The notes beneath the pieces were generated by a model. The model saw nothing but the letters and a program-made list of their open reading frames with translations. It had not been told where the DNA came from and searched no databases. A stretch of DNA of 21,166 nt, the filler included, from Dehalococcoidia bacterium (GTDB taxonomy: Bacteria; Chloroflexota; Dehalococcoidia; DSTF01; RBG-16-68-14): NCBI GenBank assembly GCA_040882355.1. It is 2 parts of 2 records of this genome, joined end to end, with 100 filler letters (N's around TTAATTAATTAA, not from the genome) between each part and the next. Parts side by side here need not be neighbours in the genome. Positions count along the whole stretch, not along the records: positions 11,579 to 21,166 come from JBBEBM010000081.1; 1 more part is not named here. One strand, 5' to 3'. The position numbers were made by a program, and so were the translations under genes. Of this stretch, positions 17,597 through 21,166 are shown in pieces. Each line of letters starts with the position of its first letter. Position 1 is the stretch's first letter.

Positions 17597-17995
17597 CTAC
17601 CATACGTAACAGAGCACTTCGCCGCCGGTCTGCTGGCGCCAGGCCTGCTGTCCGGTCATCACGCCCTTCGGCGTCGACAGGATAGCGATGCCCAGCCCGT
17701 TGTAGACGCGCGGGATCTCTCGCTTTTGGACGTAGACCCGGAGTCCGGGACGGCTGACGCGCTTCAGCCCGCTGAGGAGCGGCTCGCGGCTGGCGGAGTA
17801 GGCCAGGTGGACCCGCAGGAAGCGTCGCGCGCCCTCCTCGAACGACTCGTAGTCGCGGACGAAGCCTTCCTCCTTGAGCACCTTGGCGATGGAGGAGCGC
17901 ATCTTGGACGCCGGAATGTTCACGTAATCGTGGCGCGCGACGATCGCGTTCCGAATGCGGGTCAGCATGTCAGCGATCGGGTCAGTCATGGTCAT
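17597..17995 (-). CDS. rpsH: 30S ribosomal protein S8
   Basis: DPIADMLTRIRNA, SRPGLRVY, ILSTPKG, GGEVLCYVW. Confidence 0.98.
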   Translation of the reverse strand: MTMTDPIADMLTRIRNAIVARHDYVNIPASKMRSSIAKVLKEEGFVRDYESFEEGARRFLRVHLAYSASREPLLSGLKRVSRPGLRVYVQKREIPRVYNGLGIAILSTPKGVMTGQQAWRQQTGGEVLCYVW

Positions 17996-18008
17996 CGCTG
18001 CTCACCCC

Positions 18009-18194
18009 CTACCAGCTAGACTTCTTTACGCCCGGCAGCTTGCCTTCCAGCGCGAGCTGCCGGAAGCAGATGCGGCACAACGCGAAGTAGCGCATGAACG
18101 CGCGCGGACGCCCGCACACCTGGCAGCGACGCACGGTGCGGCTACTGTACTTGGGCGGACGCTGGGCCTTCAGCACGAGCGATTTCTTGGCCAC
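18009..18194 (-). CDS. rpsZ: 30S ribosomal protein S14 type Z
   Basis: 61 aa, RCQVCGRPR...LCRICFR...LPGVKKSSW. Confidence 0.97.
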   Translation of the reverse strand: MAKKSLVLKAQRPPKYSSRTVRRCQVCGRPRAFMRYFALCRICFRQLALEGKLPGVKKSSW

Positions 18195-18202
18195 GATGCC
18201 TC

Positions 18203-18751
18203 CTACGTCCCTCGACTGAACGGCATGCCGAGCAGCTCCAGAAGCCGTTTTCCTTCTTCATCGCTCTTGGCGCTGGTGACGATATTGATCTGCATGCCGC
18301 GAACGCGGTCCACTTTGTCGTACTCGATCTCCGGGAAGATGAGCTGCTCCCGGATGCCCAGGCTGAAGCTACCGCGACCGTCGAACGCCTTGGGCGACAC
18401 GCCGCGAAAGTCTCGGATGCGGGGCAGCGCCGCGTTGAGCAGCCGGTCTAGGAACTCCCACATGCGGTCGCCGCGCATCGTCACCATCGCGCCGATCGGG
18501 TTGCCTTCGCGGATCTTGAAGTTGGCGATGGAACGCTTGGCGCGCGTGATCACCGCCTTCTGGCCGGTGATCGTCCCCATGTCCTGAGAAGCGGCGTCCA
18601 GCGCCTTCGCGTTCTGGATCGCCTCCCCCAGACCGATGTTGATTACGACCTTCCGCACACGCGGCACCTGCATCACGTTCGCGTAGCTGAACTCCCGCAT
18701 GAACGTCGGGACGATCTCCTCTCGGTAACGTTCCTTGAGTCTAGGCGCCAT
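18203..18751 (-). CDS. rplE: 50S ribosomal protein L5
   Basis: ATG 18751; [27 protein letters not shown]. Confidence 0.98.
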   Translation of the reverse strand: MAPRLKERYREEIVPTFMREFSYANVMQVPRVRKVVINIGLGEAIQNAKALDAASQDMGTITGQKAVITRAKRSIANFKIREGNPIGAMVTMRGDRMWEFLDRLLNAALPRIRDFRGVSPKAFDGRGSFSLGIREQLIFPEIEYDKVDRVRGMQINIVTSAKSDEEGKRLLELLGMPFSRGT

Positions 18752-18753
18752 GG

Positions 18754-19068
18754 CTAGTCGATGTCCTCGGAGCACAGGTGGCAGACGCGCACCTTCACGC
18801 CGTCAGGCCGCACCCTGAAGCCAACATGCGTCGGCTTCAGACAGGTACGACAGATTAGCTTGACGTTCGAGATGTGGATCGGCCCTTCCTTCTCGATGAT
18901 CCCGGCGGGCTCTCGCTCCGAGCGCTGGCGCTGATGGCGCTTTACCATGTTCAAGCCCGACACGATCAGGCGTTCGGCCTGCACGTAGACTTCGCGCACC
19001 TGGCCTTGCTTCCCGCGTTCCTTGCCGGCGATCACCAGCACCTGGTCGTCGCGCTTGATCTTGCGCAT
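18754..19068 (-). CDS. rplX: 50S ribosomal protein L24
   Basis: KOW motif [22 protein letters not shown]. Confidence 0.97.
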   Translation of the reverse strand: MRKIKRDDQVLVIAGKERGKQGQVREVYVQAERLIVSGLNMVKRHQRQRSEREPAGIIEKEGPIHISNVKLICRTCLKPTHVGFRVRPDGVKVRVCHLCSEDID

Positions 19069-19436
19069 CAGACAACCTCCGGCGCGAGCGAGATGATCTT
19101 CATGAAGCGCCGTTCGCGCAGCTCGCGGGCCACCGGGCCGAAGATGCGCGTGCCACGCGGGTTCTCCTTGTCGGCCAGCACCACCGCCGCGTTCTCATCG
19201 AACCTGATGGACGAGCCGTCCTTGCGCTGCCAGCCCTTGGCGGTGCGCACAACGACAGCGCGCACGACCTCGCCCTTCTTCACAGCAGCGCCCGGCTGCG
19301 CCTGCTTCACCGAGGCGACGATGATGTCGCCGACGTGCGCGTAGCGACGCCTCGTGCCGCCCAGCACCTGAATGCACATGATCTGCCGCGCGCCTGAGTT
19401 ATCGGCCACCTTGAGGCGCGTGAACTTCTGGATCAC
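19068..19436 (-). CDS. rplN: 50S ribosomal protein L14
   Basis: [34 protein letters not shown]. Confidence 0.98.
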   Translation of the reverse strand: MIQKFTRLKVADNSGARQIMCIQVLGGTRRRYAHVGDIIVASVKQAQPGAAVKKGEVVRAVVVRTAKGWQRKDGSSIRFDENAAVVLADKENPRGTRIFGPVARELRERRFMKIISLAPEVV

Positions 19437-20008
19437 AGCGCCTCCTCCTTGGCGTCCGTTGACTCCGGGCTGTCCGGGCTGTCCGGGCTGTCCGGGCTGT
19501 CCGGGCTGTCCGGGCTGTCCGGGCTGTCCGGGCTATCGGGACTCTCTGCCCCCTCAGCAGCAGGCGCCTCGTCGTCCGGCTGGACTTCAGCCGCGGGTTC
19601 GGCCGGCGCGACCGGCTCGACCGTCGCCTCAGGAGTCTCCGCAACCGCCGCAGCCTCGGCCGCCGGCGGCGACTCCGCGGCCGGCGCCGTTTCGGCGGGC
19701 TGCTCGCGAGGCCGCTCGATCAGGTCGGCGTCGATCTCCTTCGGCTGCACTTCGGCGACCTCGCCGCGCTGGAGCACCTCCGCCACGCGCCACCGCTTGT
19801 GGCGCGAGAGCGGCCGCGTCTCCAGGATGCGGACCTTGTCCCCGGGCTTCGCGCCCAGCCGGTCGTCGTGGGCCATGTAGCGCTTCGTGCGCTTGAAGAT
19901 CTTGTGATAGATGCGGTGGCGCGTCGTCGTCTCGACAGCGACGATCACCGTCTTCTCCATCCGGTCGCTCACGACCGTGCCGACCAGGCTCTTCTGCCGT
20001 CCGGCCAT
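19433..20008 (-). CDS. rpsQ: 30S ribosomal protein S17 with long acidic C-terminal extension
   Basis: [32 protein letters not shown], then ~105 aa of E/A/P/D-rich tail. Confidence 0.97.
   Translation of the reverse strand: MAGRQKSLVGTVVSDRMEKTVIVAVETTTRHRIYHKIFKRTKRYMAHDDRLGAKPGDKVRILETRPLSRHKRWRVAEVLQRGEVAEVQPKEIDADLIERPREQPAETAPAAESPPAAEAAAVAETPEATVEPVAPAEPAAEVQPDDEAPAAEGAESPDSPDSPDSPDSPDSPDSPDSPDSPESTDAKEEAL
19464..19544. repeat. 9-bp tandem repeat (TCCGGGCTG) in rpsQ encoding (SPD)8-SPE
   Basis: 7 perfect copies at 19464-19526, one single-mismatch copy at 19527-19535, one degenerate copy to 19544. Confidence 0.97.
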
Positions 20009-20011
20009 GAG

Positions 20012-20254
20012 CTAGGCTCCTCCCTCCGCGACTGCCTGCTGGGCAGCCGCGATCTCGCGCTGACGCTGGATCGTCTTGATCCGCGCGATCTTGCGCCGCG
20101 ACTTGCGCGGCAGCGACGTGTTGGCGAGCTGACGCGTGGCGAGCTGGAGCCGGGCCGTGAAGAGCTGTCGGTGCGTCTCGTCCATCTCCTTCACCAGGTC
20201 GGCGTCCGCGAGGTCGTGCAGATCTTCGCTCTTCCGCTTGCCCTTGCGTGCCAT
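20012..20254 (-). CDS. rpmC: 50S ribosomal protein L29
   Basis: ATG 20254; LFTARLQ...QLAN...RRKIARIKT; lies between rplP and rpsQ. Confidence 0.94.
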   Translation of the reverse strand: MARKGKRKSEDLHDLADADLVKEMDETHRQLFTARLQLATRQLANTSLPRKSRRKIARIKTIQRQREIAAAQQAVAEGGA

Positions 20255-20255
20255 C

Positions 20256-20675
20256 CTAGAACCCCTCGTGCTCACGCGATACGAACTGCGTCTCGACAGA
20301 CAGCTTGTGCGCCGCGAGGCGCATCGCCTCGCGCGCCAGCTCTTCCTTCACGCCCGCGATCTCGAAGAGCATGCGGCCTCGCTTGACGACGGCGACCCAG
20401 TGGTCGGGCGCGCCCTTGCCACTGCCCATGCGCGTCTCCGCCGCCTTCTTCGTAACCGGCTTGTCCGGAAAGATGCAGATCCAGACCTTGCCACCGCGGC
20501 GCAGCGAGTGCGTGATCGCGCGGCGGGCGGCCTCGATCTGACGCGAATCCACCCAGGCGTTTCCCTTGGACTGCAGACCGAACTCGCCGAAGGTCACCTG
20601 GTTCCCAGCGTTCGCCGGGCCCCTTCGCCTTCCGCGATGGGTCTTGCGCCATTTCACTCGCTTGGGCTGCAGCAT
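20256..20675 (-). CDS. rplP: 50S ribosomal protein L16
   Basis: [34 protein letters not shown]. Confidence 0.98.
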   Translation of the reverse strand: MLQPKRVKWRKTHRGRRRGPANAGNQVTFGEFGLQSKGNAWVDSRQIEAARRAITHSLRRGGKVWICIFPDKPVTKKAAETRMGSGKGAPDHWVAVVKRGRMLFEIAGVKEELAREAMRLAAHKLSVETQFVSREHEGF

Positions 20676-20681
20676 CGTTCG

Positions 20682-21166
20682 TTATCCCTGCGCCTCGCCT
20701 TTGGCCTGCGGCTCCAGCGCAGCCGGCGGCTCCGACTCGGTTGGAGCGACGGGCGCTTCGGCGGCAGCCTGCGCGGCGGGCGCCTCGGCGACAGGCGCCG
20801 CGGCCGGCGCCACCGCCGCCTCAGCCTCTTCGGCGGCCGCTTCCGGTCGCACGCGCTCCTCGGGCAGGATCTCGCCTCGATAGATCCAGACCTTCACGCC
20901 GATAAGCCCGAAGGTCGTGTGCGCTTCTGCCCGGCCAAAGTCGACGTCGGCGCGGATCGTGTGAAGCGGTACGCGCCCTTCCATCGTGCTCTCCCGCCGC
21001 GACATCTCGGACCCGCCGAGGCGGCCCGCGACCATCGCCTTGCAGCCCTCCGCTCCCCGGGCCATCGTGCGCGCCACGGTCTGCTTGAGGGCGCGGCGGA
21101 AGGCGACGCGCCGCTCGAGCTGATCGGCGATGTTGCGGGCGACCAGGTAGGCGTCCAGCTCCGGCA
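20682..21166 (-). CDS. rpsC: 30S ribosomal protein S3 (3' part; start outside the window) with Ala/Glu/Pro tail
   Basis: [52 protein letters not shown]. Confidence 0.97.
   Translation of the reverse strand, partial: PELDAYLVARNIADQLERRVAFRRALKQTVARTMARGAEGCKAMVAGRLGGSEMSRRESTMEGRVPLHTIRADVDFGRAEAHTTFGLIGVKVWIYRGEILPEERVRPEAAAEEAEAAVAPAAAPVAEAPAAQAAAEAPVAPTESEPPAALEPQAKGEAQG

Noticed and set aside
19464..19544. Repeat as a CRISPR array
   Set aside because: 9-bp head-to-tail units with no spacers, in frame in rpsQ, and no cas genes nearby.
726..20883. Numerous long antisense or alternate-frame ORFs in the ORF track
   Set aside because: Shadow ORFs expected from high GC3 codon bias; each overlaps a well-supported gene.

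Overview
High-GC bacterial chromosomal DNA, most likely Chloroflexota (Dehalococcoidia-like). That assignment is inferred from the Tat-lipoprotein peptide SBP, the Gram-positive-type S12 insertion, the GAAC-N4-GTTC-type LexA box and the InhA-like lipoprotein. The window is two contigs joined by an artificial 100-nt linker (N44-TTAATTAATTAA-N44, 11479-11578). The left contig carries a partial SAM-dependent methyltransferase, an ATPase-less Dpp/Opp-type ABC cluster, gap, a Rad52/Sak/DdrA-like ssDNA-annealing candidate with a LexA-box-overlapped promoter, divergent xerD, a metallopeptidase lipoprotein, ridA, then rpsL-rpsG-fusA (partial). The right contig (minus strand) is the S10/spc/alpha cluster from rpsC (partial) to rpsK (partial), including secY, adk, map and infA. 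It is mostly housekeeping. The best leads are: (1) a putative SOS-regulated annealase divergent from xerD, with dif-like half-sites between them; (2) structured RNAs in the rpsL leader and the rpsL-rpsG spacer; (3) strong TAG stop-codon dominance (22 of 30 genes); (4) a 9-bp VNTR encoding (SPD)n in an acidic S17 tail. No CRISPR array, tRNA, rRNA or mobile element is supported.
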